The notes: generated from the letters alone by a model not told the origin. Counted from the stretch's first letter, positions 25,735-39,824 are shown. The stretch is DNA of 64,000 nucleotides from Lama guanicoe (GCA_013239625.1 MU053994.1:1367775-1431774), one strand, 5' to 3'. Made by a program: numbers and translations.

Positions 25735-25888
25735 GGGGCAGGGAGAAGGTGTGATAAAAATATTCTATAATTAGATTGTGGTGTTGGTTGCACAACTATG
25801 TAAATATACTAAAATTCATTGAATTGTTTACATAAAATGAGTGATTTTATGCTATGTAAATTATCCCTCAATCAAGCTATTTTTGAAA
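25735..25888 (+). mobile_element. L1MB/MC-type extreme 3' end
   Basis: gtgataaaaatattctataattagattgtggtgttggttgcacaactatgtaaatatactaaaa...tgtaaattatccctcaatcaagct. Confidence 0.8.
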
Positions 25889-26877
25889 AATGGAGTTATT
25901 CTTAAAGAGACCTTAGTAAGTAGCAGAACTGAGATCTACAGGGAACCTGGGGCTTCTGAGAAGAACCACCTGTGCTTTGGCCCCACACTGTGACTTTCTA
26001 TGGCATAAACTCAAAACAGTTGTTAATACACTGTTAATACAATTGGCATGTTGCAAATGGGTTACAGATATGCTAGGACATTACTGGTCCTCGCAGCCCT
26101 TGGGAAGACTGCCTGGGGCATTGAAAATCTTCTGTTGGTTGCCTCTGACCAAGAGCATCCTTGTCCATTTGCCCCAGTGTGTCAAACAAATAGTATAAAT
26201 TGTCTTTGAGTGCCATGATGTGAAAGAGGCTAGAAAGCATTGCCCTAAAGAAATCCCATATTTTTTGACCTTTTCTGTATTTCTCCATGAGAACCTGAGC
26301 CTTGCAGAGGTGAGCCTGTGGTAGGACTCCTGCTGTTGACAGATTTGGGGCTTTATTAAACCAAAGGGCATGGGGCTGGCCAGCTGGGAGAGGGTGGCCA
26401 GGATAGATGGGAGGGCTGCCAGCACAACTGTGGGAATCGACTTGGATGCTTCCCTTACCCCTGCAGAGAATTATGTTTATTCACCTGGAAAGCAGAAACT
26501 CCTGCTAACTGGAGCAGAAAAGTAATTTCCATTTGGACGTGGCGAAAGAAGACCAGAGCATCAAGAAGAAGAACCCTCATACAAAAGAGACAGGTTCACC
26601 TGCGCCTCCATTTTCAGAGGCAGAAACCTAATCCAGGAGTAACTCCAAGGGCTGAGAAAGCCACCTGGGAGGTACTGGAGGCATGTGGAAATTCAGAGTA
26701 TCTTAGGCCTGCCTTCAGTCAGATTTTAAAAGCCCCTTATGAGGCTTCTCTAAGCTTCCTTCTGTGACCTACCTATCTTTGGAGAACATTAGGACAGGTC
26801 TCCCCCCAAGAATCTAGAGACTGTATGGGTTAAGAATGTTTCTCAGGATATAATGTGCCACCGAGTGTCCTTTCTGG

Positions 26878-27335
26878 TGTCTTAATTTGAGTTCCCCAGA
26901 AGCAGGCCGTGAGATAATGAATTGAGTGCAAGTTGTTTATTTGGGAGGTGCTAGGGACCCAGGGAGGGGCTGTAAGGAAGTGAGACAGGGAAGAGAAGGA
27001 AGGAAGTGACTAAAGGGGGTGTTATCAAACAAGTTAGCACTTGGGGCAACAGGAGCTACTCCTGCCAGTGATGTCTGGCAGACAGTACAGAGCACACATT
27101 TCAGAACTGTCCCCACTGAGGTGCGAGGAAGTACCCCAATAGCTCCCCACTAGTTGAGGTCTACTCCCAGGACCAGTTCATTCCCCAGCCTTCTGGGCCT
27201 ATTATACAGGTGGGCAAAGTAGGGTCTGGAGGCAGAGAAAGCACTCAAGGAATGGGCTCTGGTGATGGCAAGTTGGGCCTATGGGCCCTGATACAGTAAT
27301 GGAGGAGGATATGGGTGGCCCCAAGCACCTCTGGT
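26878..27335 (-). mobile_element. ERVL LTR (LTR16/LTR33-type)
   Basis: tgtcttaatttgagttccccagaagcaggccgtgagataatgaattgagtgcaagttgtttatttgggaggtg. Confidence 0.8.
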
Positions 27336-27862
27336 ACACCTGGCTTGGGTCTTCCTGTGTTCTGGACACCCTCTGCCTCCTCTCTGCAAAATCACAGAAC
27401 CAAGTTTCTACCAACTGCTTGTTCTCATGGCATGGGCTCAGGAGCCACTGACTTCTGGCCCAGAGCAGTGTGAAACTTGCAGCCACCAAGTGTGTCACCC
27501 ATGCTGTTGGCCATTCTGATAGCATCATTGGTGATCCACCCAGAGAAAGGCTTGGGTGGGAGGAGTCTGCATTGCCCTGTTGAGGACTTGGTCATCAGCA
27601 TCCAGGCACTGGCAGAGGTCACCTGTGTCTCTAACAACAGAAGCCAGAGCCTCCAGCCACAGCCGTCAGATCTGATTTCTAGCCAGCTGTCTCTAATCTG
27701 GAGGAGACTGTGGCCAAAAGAAAGTGGGTCACTCTGCGCTTGGCAGATGTTTCTCACCTGTCATGACATCCTTGTGAAATAACAGTGGGGATTTTGGTCC
27801 TTCTTGCCCTCTCTTCCCCTGCCCACCCCCCAAAACACTTTAGCAAGGCAATGCAGCAGTGA

Positions 27863-27865
<3 letters not shown>

Positions 27866-27897
<32 letters not shown>

Positions 27898-27913
27898 TGT
27901 GTGTGTGTGTGTG
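27866..27913. repeat. Compound microsatellite (AG)n(TG)n
   Basis: Directly visible. Confidence 0.95.
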
Positions 27914-29139
27914 TACTCTGGGGTTAAACTATCTAGCTTCAAATGCTAGGTTTGCTACCCACACAAGTCACTATATCTCTCTGTGTCCCAGTTCCACTCT
28001 CCAAATGCCACCTCAGAGAACTGGCACAAGGATAAAGTTATAGAAAACATCTAGATAATTCTAAGAGCTAGGGCCAATGCTTGGCAAATGTTGACTTATA
28101 AAGTTCTACTTACGAGAAAATGAAAACCCTGAAAGTAGGGGGATGCAGCCAAGGTCACAAGTCAAGTTGGATTTACAGCAGACAAGAACTTTGCCTGGCA
28201 GGCCCCGCCCTACCTGTAGCCCAGTAGCCTGCCTTCTGCACACATTTGGAGTCACCTGTCGCCCTGACTCTCATGGCTAACCCCCAAACCTTGTAACAGC
28301 TCCAGCCATAGAGCCTGGATTTCAGCATCAACTTCTCTGCAGCTAAAATTCTGATCACATGTCCCATACCCAACTCTCCCCTTGTTCCCCAGTCCCAGTT
28401 CCACATCACTATGCCTGAATTCCCATGCCTCAGCTTCTGCCATGGGCCCTGTTCCCTTTCCTTTGTGCATTCAGCACAATGCCCGGCACCAGGTAGGTAC
28501 TTGGACAGGGGGTGTTGGTTGCACTAGTCTTTGCCTAAGGTCTAAGTATAAGGATTGGTGCCATGACCCCTACCTGGAACTAAAGTCCTGCCAGTCATAG
28601 TAAACTGCTCTCCACTGCTGGGCTCCTGGAGTCATATCCTATTTTCTTGGACTTTCATGCCCAACCCACCATGGGTTCCTGGGCCCCATGCTCTGTCTCA
28701 GCTCCCTTGTTCCAATTATTGGATGTTTGCCTGGATGGAGACCAGAAGTGGCTGTGACTTCTGATGTCAGACTCCCTTCCAGGATAGACCTCCTTTAGCA
28801 GCACCTGCAGCTGGGACAACACCCCCAGAACTGCCCCAGTCCAGTAAGTGGGCCTGTAACCCATTCCCAGTTCCTGCTCACCACTCCATTTTATTCGGGG
28901 ATGGATCTGCTGGTCCACCAGGAGCCTTAGGACACACTGGCTGCACCATCCTCATTTCTTGTCCCCAAATAATAAACAAAATGCCTGAGTTTAGAGTCCA
29001 GTTCCAGAGTCAGAACCTCTGTTCCACTCAATCAGATGCTGGCTGTTTCTGAAACCACTAAATTTATAGATTAAATTCAAACTGGAGTAATTCTTGAGGC
29101 CCTACAACATATGTTGGCTTAAACTCACCGTTAATTTTT

Positions 29140-30340
29140 TCCACCACCAATTCTAGGTGCCAGAGGTACAAAAATTAATAAGTCACATCCGTTATCTCCT
29201 GATGGAGAAGGCAGATGTGTAAGCAAACAGCTATTATATGAGGTTATAAACGCTAAAATAAAACTATCATTAAAATGCTATGGGAATGTCAATAAAGGAG
29301 GAATTAATCCTATGGGGAAAGGTCAAAGGAAGCTTTGAAACGGAGATTATGTCTGAGCTAAACTGGAAGGATGAGTGGGAACGTGGCAGATGGAGAAAGG
29401 AGAAAGGGCATTTTATTTTATTTTTGTATCCTTTTAAGCCAGAGATCTGTTTGCAAACCCTGTCTTCACTGGCCCATCAAACTTCTCTATTTTGCTTTCT
29501 CTCTCTCCTCTTTTAAATCTTCAATCCCCCACTTCCATTCCCTTCCCTTAGAGGTGCTCTCTTGAAGGTGCATAATAGTTCCCTTAGATATTCTTTTGTA
29601 TTTATGTAATACATAGTGTTATTTTGTGCATATGTGTTTTTAATTGACAGAAAAGGTACTGTACTATAAGTGTCATTCTTTTTCCTACATCATTCACTCA
29701 ACACTCTTTAAAAATCTATGCATGTTGCTATACGAGCACTTTGTTTTTCCTTCTAACTGCAGCATTGTGTTCTGTGGTGTGCACACACCTTGTTTTTCTT
29801 ATCATCTCTCTCAATAATGGATGCCTGGTTTGCTTGTAACTCCTTCCTCCCATAGAGGACATCCTCACTTATGTTCTCTTACAGGTAGACCTGTGCATGA
29901 ATTTTTCTCGGCAGTATTGCTTGGTCATGGGCCATCTACATACTTAATTTTACAAGGTATTGCCAAATTGCTTTCAGAATGCACACCCTTTGCAAGGATT
30001 TATTGAGCACCAATCACATGCCAGGCACTGTTCTAGCCACAGGGGAATGTAGCCATGAACAAAGTCCCTGCTTCCAATGAGCTTATAGTCGAATGCGGGA
30101 GACAGCAACGAAGTAAGAAGTGCATAATAAAAGAGCATGTAGTGAAAAAAAGTGTCGTGAAGAAAAGGAGGCAGGGTAAGGGACAGAGAGTGACAGGGAG
30201 TCACCTCGCTGAGGGGTGGTATTTGATGGGCAGCCTGAATGAAGTGAAGGAGTGAGCCATGGACTGGGTCTGGGGAAGAACATGCCAGGCAAGGCTCCAA
30301 GGTGGGAGCACGTTGGGTGTGTGTGAACAAGAGGGCAGTG
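29140..30340 (-). mobile_element. L2 fragment (about 29140-29400), L1ME-type fragment (about 29480-29985) and L2 3' end (about 29995-30340)
   Basis: atttattgagcaccaatcacatgccaggcactgttctag...atgaacaaagtccctgcttcc is the antisense L2 tail. The middle part has antisense L1ME motifs (ggtattgccaaattgctttcag). Confidence 0.75.
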
Positions 30341-31074
30341 TCTGGAGTTTTTAAGCAATGGATTTAAATTAGACGATAAGGCTAGTAAAATCCTTAGCAG
30401 AGAGCCAGGTGCCGTGTAAGTGCTCAATTTTGACAAATTATTATGATGACTGGACTGCCATGTTAGGTTGGAGGTTTGGAAAGTTCCCTTTCATTGCAGA
30501 GGAAAGATGAGGGAATTAGAGACCAAGGAGAGGGGTGGGTGCCTGGATTGGAGTAGTGGCAGTGAGGTTTCAGCTTAGAGTTATTTAGACATCTCTAGCT
30601 AAGTTTAATTTTTTTTCATTTTCACAAGTGTTTTCTGAATAACCCTTGGGATCTGGTTTTGTATCACCCATCTTCATTACTATTAGGGAGTGCACCCAGA
30701 GTATGGCCCCCACAGTAGAGGAAGCTCCTTCAAGGACCAAGAGGTACTCAGAAAATAAGCTGGACCAAAGTACATCCTTTGCTTGTTGGGAGCTTAGAGA
30801 GAACAGCATCTTGGCAGGATGTTCCAGCTAAATGCCCAAACAATCAACTAATTACTTGGGTCTGAACACAGCTGAACAAATCCACCTTCCCAAGTCACTG
30901 CCAGAGGTTTTAGCTACTTCATTCTGGCTGAATTTCAGCACCACACACCAAGAACCAGATGACTGGACCAGGAGGGGCATTCCTTACTTACCTGCTTCCT
31001 TCTGTTAAAAAAAAAGAAAGACTACAGTACAATCAGTTTTCCTATCTACAGACTTGATGAGGGATAGAGAAAAT

Positions 31075-31385
31075 ATGAAGAGATATTCAGCCTCACTAGA
31101 AATCAGACCTATGCAATTATAAACACATATGAGGGACCATTTTTCATCTACTGGGTTGGCAAACATTAAAAGGATTGATAATACCTAGTACTGGGGAGAG
31201 TGAGGGGAAATGGGCACTGTTGTATGCTCTTGGTGGGAGTTTTAATTGGTAAAGACATTTTGGAGGGCAATTTGGCAGCTTCTAGCAACATTTAAAATGG
31301 TCATAGTCTTTGGCCCAGCAAGCCCTCTTCCAAACCAGTCACTGGAAACTCTATCCCATAGATATAATTGCATGTGTGCCCAGAT

Positions 31386-31416
<31 letters not shown>

Positions 31417-31830
31417 CACACACACATACACACACATGTGCGCGCGCACACACACACACATATATAGTGAAAAATACAATTGATCTAAATGCCCATCCAT
31501 AAGGGAGAGATTAAATGAATAAAGTATGGCATGCCTGTACAGTGAAGTCCTTGGTATGTACTGACAGGGGAAGATGTTCAAGATATACTATCATGAGATA
31601 AAGGCAACCTCTGGATAATATGTAGGATAAAATCCCATTAATATAAAAAAAACTATATATGTTCTTTTATGTGTGTAAATACTTTTCTAGAAGGTCTGAA
31701 AGGACAAACTTCAACTGCTAACTCCAACTACTCCCCGGAGAAGGAAATAGGAAAAGGGAACAGTGGTTTGAAAGGTTTTTCTCTGTATACTTCTAATTTA
31801 GCATTCATGTATTATATGTGCATTTAAAGG
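31075..31830 (+). mobile_element. L1ME-type 3' region containing a (CA)n microsatellite (about 31386-31460)
   Basis: ggttggcaaacattaaaaggattgataatacc...ttttggagggcaatttggcagc...ctaaatgcccatccataaggg. Confidence 0.8.
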
Positions 31831-34238
31831 TAATTTTATAAGAAAAACAGAAAATAAAGGACTTCTCTGCATTTGTATTTCATATGCTTTCATCTTCTTC
31901 CTCTTCACCACCCATCATCACTCTGATCATCACTTTCAACCCCTTGAGCCTTTTCTCTTCCTTGGCACATGACAAACCCTGAATCCTAAGCATGCTCTTA
32001 TTGTGGCTGATAGCTCTGTCAGCTGTTAATTATTCATGCTAATGGAAGGGGCTGGAGGCACAGATAATGCAAAATCAAGCAGAGTAAATCTTTCAGAGTC
32101 TCGGTCTACGCCCCTCCTGGATCCCCTGGGAACACCTTGCATACTGTAGGTATTTACTCAGCAATAAATATTGATTGATATGGATTGATATTTGTCTCTG
32201 CAATTTTGAATCACCCACATTCTCAGACTTGTAGATACACACTGCTGGGCATTGCGTTCCTTCAATCTTTACTGGTCTGGCACCACTGGTGGGGGTCTGA
32301 CCCTAGTACTTGGTATTGTCTTTCTTTTTCATTCTATCTGTTCTGATGGGTGTGTGTTGACATCACATCATGTGTTTAATTTGCTTCCCTTGGTTTTCAT
32401 TCCAGCTTCCCATCCCTCTTTGATCATCTTGGGCACTTCCTGGTCTCTTCATCATCCATTACCACAACTAGCATCTCAAACCCCTTCCTTGTCTTGATCC
32501 GTAGGGAAAACAATGTGTTTCCCCATTTATCATCCTCTTACAGAAGACTCTCTCTTGCAGCAACTTTGAACTGCCTCTGAACACATGCTGCAGAAGAATC
32601 CATGCCTGTTTGTTGATTATTTTGTTTTTTTTTATGCTTTAACAGCACAACTGGAACAAACACGAAGTTACAGGGCAAGATGTTTGCCATAACAAATTGA
32701 TAGGGGCTGTAGTGCATACAAATCTCCTTGTAACAAAGTCATCCCCCTAGCCTGGCTCTATGGGTGTCCTTCTTACTGTATGACTGTTCAATTCATTTCA
32801 TGGTGAAGTTATGTTAGAGTGTCAGATCTCTAATGGAGATAAAGCAATTCCTGAACATCGTGGGTGGGTGTGGGGAGGCAGCCATTCCCTATTCAAATTG
32901 CCACCACCAGACCTATCACTTAGAGGAAGAATTGGGTCTTTCAGACTGGACACTGGGGCTGGCCCCTTTCCTCCTGCCTGCACTATCTGTCTAGAATGTA
33001 GCAGGATGTGGCAAGTTTGAGTCTATTGCAACTTTACAAGGAGACAGTGGCATCCTGAGAAAGATATGGGGGGGGTCAGTCACCTTAACGTCAAGCCTTG
33101 TCCTGACACTCCCTGGCAATGTGAGAGAGGGTCAGGGAGCTGGACAGATGGGCATCCTCGAGGAAGCAGGTGGCTGGGTGAGAGTGGAATGAGTCAGGAC
33201 CTGAGACCAGAAGCCCACCCACATGAGCCATAACAGACTGTGGTTTTAGAGAGTTCTGGCCTTGTTCACTTTTTGCCCCCTCAGGTGTTTTCTAAAGTCT
33301 TCTGTGAAGAGGCCAGTCTGGATACTGTGCAGATGGGTTGGAGATTTTAAAGAGGAACCACTGAGGTGGGGCCATGAATGTACTACCTGGCTAAAGAGTG
33401 CTGACGTCTTGATCCAGCTCATCCTTTATTTCCCAGTGTCTCATCTCAGAACTGATAAAGAAGGAAGGGCAGTTGCCTACCAGCAATCAGTTCTGAAACT
33501 GTTGTTTTCTGAAACTGGCCTCCAGTGAATCAGACTCTTGCTACTTGCCATTTATTGACTGTCCCAGTGCATTTGGTGTGATAGAGATTTTAAATCCATT
33601 TATCATGACCTGGCCCTATAAGGACTTTTTATTAAACGTTTACCCAAGAAACTTATACATGTAAAGGGGATCTCAAAACCATCCACACCCACCCGCATGG
33701 CTGACTGATGGGATGCTAAGCCTTAAGCTAAGTGGAATCCAGACTTTCCTCAACAGGCCCAACAAACTAGTGCCAGACCATAAAGTTAGACTCTTTCTGC
33801 CATTTCTGCCTTCAGACTGAGCACTGCCCACCAAGCTCAAGACAGGCCCAGCACCTAATATCAGGAGGAAAGGATAAAAAACCATTTTACAGTTGATACT
33901 TCTCCCATCTTTCAAGATAGCAACCTCAAATTGGCCAGGAATCAGTGTCAGTTTTCTCACTGACATTCTTCTATGATTTACTCAATGATTAGTAGGTAAA
34001 CCGAATTGTAAGAATATACATTTTAATTTTTCCATGTGGGAATCAATGGAGCCATCTTCATTTAAATGCTACCAAAAGCATTTTTTCTTTTTTTAAACCT
34101 GAATTGGCAAGAGTTGGTCCATCACTGCTCTGCTCATCCACCATGCAGAAGAGCAGCCTCTGGGCCTCCAGGATGATTAGTGGAATAATCCAGAACCACC
34201 ACTGATGTTTTCTGAGTTGGTCATGGGTCTAAGAGCTC

Positions 34239-34647
34239 GTGGTAGCTATTCCCAATTCTTCAACTCTCCCTGTAGCCACATCTTTGGCCACGCAGCTTTG
34301 CAGTGCCTCCCCTCTCCACTGATACTGGAATTGTCCATGTGACTCACTGTGGCCAATGAGATAACGGCAGGTGTGATGCCAACAGAGGCTTGAAATGGGC
34401 TTGCCCTGTCATGCGGTGCCTCCTGCCTCTTCAACCCCTTCAAGTGGAGCAGACCTGATCACCCCTCCTCTGGCTTAGAATCGGGCCCAGCTGAACCTGC
34501 AGTAGACCACTTGATGTGGACCTGCCCAGCAGAGCCTCACCTGGATCTACTGAGCCACACACACCTGCAGATCCATAAATGTGAGATTAAATGGTGATTT
34601 TGTTTGCCATTGCATTTGAGGATATGTAGTAATAGCTGAAGATCACA
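34239..34647 (+). mobile_element. MaLR LTR (MLT1G/H-type)
   Basis: ccatgtgactcactgtggccaatgagata...gatgccaacagaggcttgaaatg...taatagctga. Confidence 0.7.
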
Positions 34648-34659
34648 GAACTCTTTAAG

Positions 34660-34845
34660 TATTTTTTCATTTAACTCAATAATGCTGTATGTGTAATGCT
34701 ATACTATTACTCCCAATTTAAAGATGTGGAACTGATTCTTAGAGAGGTTAATTAATTTGCTCGGATTCACATTGCTAAGAAATGTCAGAAGGATAATTCA
34801 AACACAGGTGTGTGGGATTCCAAGGCTTGTGCTGTCAGCAACTAT
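34660..34845 (-). mobile_element. MIR SINE
   Basis: ctattactcccaatttaaagatgtggaactgattcttagagaggttaattaatttgctc. Confidence 0.75.
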
Positions 34846-35319
34846 GTTTTCTTCATAGATTGCAAACCAACAGGGTATAGGGCAAGGAGAGACCAGCTAC
34901 TTGCTTCATTTCCTGCACAACTTAAATGTCAGCCAAGTGACTTCCTATTTTTGCATTGCTGGACAATTTGAGACCTTGAGATTTTAAACTTCTCTTCCCT
35001 ATTCTGCCTAGAAGATGAGTCTTGTTCTTAGGAAAACTAGAGCTTACAGTGTTGTTGTCTTTTCAGAGTCTGGGGAAATTCCCTAGTGATGTGTTTTCTT
35101 GCAGAACATTTAGCCATTTACTTCCCAAGAGATGTAGGGGTGAGAAGTTCATACCCCCTGGCAACTGAAGGTCAATCTGGAGTGATGACAAAGAACCTCT
35201 GAAGCCTTAATCCAAATCAGTGGAAAATAAGGAATATTTAAATAACATATCCATTTCACTATAATTTTCTAGGAATGTTGGTATATATAAACCCACTTGG
35301 CTTTACTTTTTTTGGCTTA

Positions 35320-36145
35320 GATTGTGAATTTTGGATACAGATGACTAGATTCAGTAACTAAGTGACTTTGAGCAAGTTACTTGAACTTTCCATGCCTCAG
35401 TTTTTTCACCTATAAAATGGAGATTATAATACTACCTCCTCTCAGGTGGTATGTGGATAAAATGAGATAATGCATATAAAGTACTTACTTAACACAGTCT
35501 CTGGCTTTAAGATGCTTTTGTCTATAAGTGACAGAGATCCTGGATTGAAATGGCTTAAACAATTAGGAAATGTGTTATCTCACATAGTTCAGTGAGGGAA
35601 GAGACTTCCAGGTGGAATCCAACCGGGTCTCTGATCCTGATCTGTCAGCCGTTTTCTTGACTTAGCTTTCCTCACATCGGCTCCCACTGAAGCAAGATAG
35701 CTGCTGGCAGTAACCAGGGCAATAAATTTTGCTTATCTATGGCCAGTGGAAGAGAAAGAGCAAACCACTCCCAAATATGGAAAGAAATGCTTTCCCTTCA
35801 ATCTCATTGGGCCAACCTATGTCATTGCCCTCCCCCTAAATCAATATCCATTGCCAGAGGAGTGCCCCATGGCAACAGGCTTTAGCCTGAGTCTATGAAC
35901 CAATCAGGAGAGAAGAGGAAAAGATTGTGGTGATTGATTCACATGAATCAGGATTCATCTGTGTTGTGAGAGGTAGGGGTCACTCTCCTTTAAGTTACAT
36001 GGTTTGGGTGGGGAAGGGATGATTACTTGAACAAGATCAAGGTCTTGTTAGAAAAGAGGAAGGGGGAAGTAGATCTGGTGAAGGCATTCACCAGTGATGA
36101 CCGTAGCTGGCAGAAAGTAGATGCTCAGTAATTGCCGGCTCTGCT
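35320..36145. mobile_element. MIR (+) split by an old MLT1 LTR (-, about 35506-36105)
   Basis: MIR core gtgactttgagcaagttacttgaactttccatgcctcagttttttcacctataaaatgg. MLT1 antisense start gatgcttttgtctataagtgacagagatcc. The MIR tail resumes at ctggcagaaagtagatgctcagtaa. Confidence 0.75.
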
Positions 36146-36497
36146 ATTCCACTTTTGCAACCATAGATTTTTTTTTTAAACAGTTGTGGTGTTTCATGAT
36201 AAGGCAACTAATATCTGGCCTCTAGCCATTCCCTAAAAGACAAATTTGGGGACTCTGGGATGACAAATGATTTGCATTGAAAGCTCATCTCACCTCTTCT
36301 TTTTTGGAAATTAATCTCCCTGGAAAACAAACTCCAAGGGCCTGTAAAGACTTGGAAGGTCTCAGCTCAATTCTTCACATCTTTTTCACCTTGAAAAGGC
36401 AAAGTCGACAATGCACAGCAACTTTCCCCTCCTTGGGCCAAACAATATTTTCCTTCAGAAATATACTTCAATAATTTTTGTGTAAAACCTTGGCACT

Positions 36498-36604
36498 CTA
36501 TGGTAGACATCTGCCTACCCATCTATCTTTCCCTTTTCTCCACCCAGCAGAACCTCTGTTTCCTATGGGAAACCTATTATGTGTAATTTGGGTGAAACTG
36601 ACCT

Positions 36605-36648
<44 letters not shown>

Positions 36649-37385
36649 CCAGGATGACTAATCAGAAAACATTATCCCTTCCTTTGGCAAGAATGAGTAG
36701 TTCCAGGATGAGTACATGACTCAAGCTCAGCCAGTCATCTACTCTCTATTCTGGAAATTTGAATCTTGAGTTGACTGAACAAGCATCAAAGGAGCCACAG
36801 CTAAATCTTTACATGGCCAGTGCCTAGAAAATATACTTGATGCATTCCTTTTACTTATATCCAGAACTGACATGGTTTCCATCAGTCCCAAGTTCTGATT
36901 GTCTTGATTATTTAGCTCTGTGAGCTTTCCAGAATTTCTCTAATACAACTGCTATGGATTGAACTGTGTCTCCCAAAAATTCATATGTTGAAGCTTTAAC
37001 CTCCAACGTGACTGTGTCTGGAGATAGGGCTTTTAAGAGGTAAAGTTCAATGAGGTCATAAGGGTGGGGTCCTAATCAAGTACGACTGGTGGCCTTCTAA
37101 GTAGGAGAGAGGGAGAGACCTCTCCACACACAATCACTGAGGAAAGACCATTTGAGCACACAATGAGAAGGTGATCATCTATAAGCCAGGAAAAGGGTCC
37201 CCACCAGAACTGACCATGCTGGCATTCTTATCTCAGACTTCCAGCCTTCAGCACTGTGACGAAGAAACTTCTGTTGTTTAAGCCAGCTGGTCTATGGTAT
37301 TTTATTATTGTAGCCTGAACAGACTAAGACAAATATCATTTTCCTCCTTAAGTGTCAATGCCTGTTACTTGCCAACCAAATGGAA
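36498..37385 (+). mobile_element. Old MLT1 LTR containing a (CA)n repeat (36609-36645) and a nested MLT1A
   Basis: MLT1J/K-like motifs (gttccaggatgagtacatgactcaagc); its 3' end resumes after 37331 (ttttcctccttaag...ctgttacttgccaacc). Confidence 0.6.
36950..37331 (+). mobile_element. MaLR solo LTR (MLT1A/A0-type), full length
   Basis: tgctatggattgaactgtgtctcccaaaaattcatatgttgaagc...gcctgaacagactaagaca, with TG...CA termini. Confidence 0.9.
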
Positions 37386-39824
37386 GGGGCAAAACAGCTG
37401 GTTAAATTGTCGCCCCCTGTATCTTCACAAATAAGCATATGCCTATCCACACAGGCTACTGGGCTTAGGAGGGAAATATCATGATGTTGTAGTATGGGGG
37501 CTACTTCCTGTAGCTTTCCCCAAGGTCCTACAGGAAAGCCTATTCCATCTCAAAGCTACAAAGGAGTAGCATATGCCTCTGCTAGGAAATGCTCTGCCTA
37601 ATGTGGCCAGTGACCCCAAATGGCTGAGAAGCATGATCCAGACTCTTGGTAAGGCTGAAAAAGCCCTATTTTATGCCCCAAGCTAAAGGTAGAGCTCATG
37701 AAGCCAGGGAGGAGGGATGCACAATGGGGGATAAAATTGGTTCCAGGAAGAGATTGGTGGAAAATTGGAAATCTTTGTCTACTTCCAAATATCTCCAGAT
37801 GAGTACGCTTTGCCAAAGGTAATAATTATCCTCATTGTAATGAGTCATTCACTCAAACTGAATGGGCGCTTTGAACTTGGAAGCAAGGAGCAGATTAACT
37901 GGGCTTTGCAATGCAACCGACCTGTTGTTTTTATTGCCCAAATGCCAAGGACAAAATGGAAGCTGTTAGGCTAAGAATGAGGGGTTACCTGCGGCACACT
38001 GGGACCAATTATGAAAAAAAAGGAGCTTCAAGGCTGGGATACAGGTTCAAGCACTGTAACTCAATAAGGCCTTCAGTCTTGATTAGAACCACCCCCTAGG
38101 TTGTGCAGGGGCACTCACTCAAGTATTGCTTTGGAGGGGGAGGGAGGCTATGCATATAAACAATTTAATTTTTTAAATGTGCTTTACAATTCATGGGCTC
38201 ATGTGAGGTATAGTGATTCATTGATGAACATATAGAGTGATGGGTGTAGAAGAGGTACTTACATATTTGTTTATTGTCCAGTCAGTGCTTGGGGATTCTT
38301 TCTGGTACCATCTCTCCCTGTTTCAGGCCCAGGAACCATTCTTTGTGTCCTTTATTGCCAAGTGTGTCATTCTTGGATAATTTCTTCTCTCTCATGCTAA
38401 GAAAAAGGTAGCAATGCTGTTATTACTGACAATGCCATGGGTCTTTGGAACCTGTTTTTATTGAAACTATATAGCTCTTCTTACCTCTCAGTGCCCTCAA
38501 ACCACTTATTCCACTTATTCAAAACTGGTTACATTACCCAGGACACTGCATCAGCCATGGTGCCACCATGAACGCTGGCTTCCAATGACTCTCTCAAAGG
38601 CTGTTACTGTGTTTCATTGAGGATCCTCACAAATGCAGGTCTTACTGAGTATGCAAGAAAATGCAAATGATAATTAGTTGTCTGGTCATATTAAACCTGC
38701 TGTTTAGAATTTTATAGTTTCAACATAGTACAACACATCTTCCACTCCTATCTTCCCTTGATCTCTGTAGGCTGCCATCATTGCATTTCTAGAATGTGAT
38801 CTCTTTTGATGGTGACCTCACGCCTGCTTTTCACACATCACCACCAGTAGATGAGGGTTCCACGGGTAGGTAGAGAAGAGCAGTCTCATTTGTGCAAAAA
38901 ATGTCCATCCCTCATCTTGCATTGCTTGATACCAGCCCAGGAGAGCATGAAGTTGCATCGACTGCAAACAAGAGAGGACATAGATCAGAAAGGTCCATTG
39001 ATGCTGTGGAGCAATGGTCTAGAAAGCCTTTTCAGGAGATGGGCCTGGGAACTGGGGATGGAGCCTGAGGGAAGAGGTGGGTGGCCGCTCTAGGTGCCAG
39101 CTGCAGGGAACGTATAAGGCAATGATGCTGTAGACTGGGGCTGGCACCATAGTCAGGACAAGGACAGGCTATAGCTGGACCCAAGCAGCACCAAGCCAGT
39201 AGGGTGGGAGGCAGTACCCATATAGTATTCCAGGCCAGTTCAGGCAGAAAGGGGTATTCAGAAAATTTTAAGGAAGGCACTCCAAAGCTGGGGCCCCTTG
39301 GGGCACTAAGATCAAAGCAGGGGTCCTGCTTGCCTGGGTATAAGGCTGACACTGGCTTGGATTACTAACTAGTTCTCTTGTTAGGAAAGCCAATGACCAG
39401 TCGCTATTTGAGATTTTTAATGGCACCGCATCGCTAAAGTTCCCCCAAGTTTGGGAAGCAGAGATCTATGATTGTTCAGTTCCTAGGCAATCCCAGGCCC
39501 TTCTAACTGTCCTGACAGGCACTGAGCTGCTAAATGGATATGTCTTTTAGAACAGAATTATTTCTTATGCCCTCCTTAGGGAAGTCTGTGGTCAAAAGAA
39601 GTTCTCCCAAAAGTCACAACTTTGACTGACTCATGTTCTCACTCCACAGACTTCAGAATCTTACCGTCCACTTCCAGAAGGGTATCTAACATGACCTATG
39701 GTCCCTGTATATTGTTTCTCCCTCCTCTCTCCCCAAAGGGAAAAAGCTTTTGTTGTGGTTTTCTCTTTTTCTTCACCACTGCATGGGGGTACATTGTGGG
39801 TGGTTAAATTTACCATTTAGATTT

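Noticed and set aside
30934..30954. REST/RE1 site (TTCAGCACC...)
   Set aside because: Only the left half-site is present; the GGACAG right half is missing.
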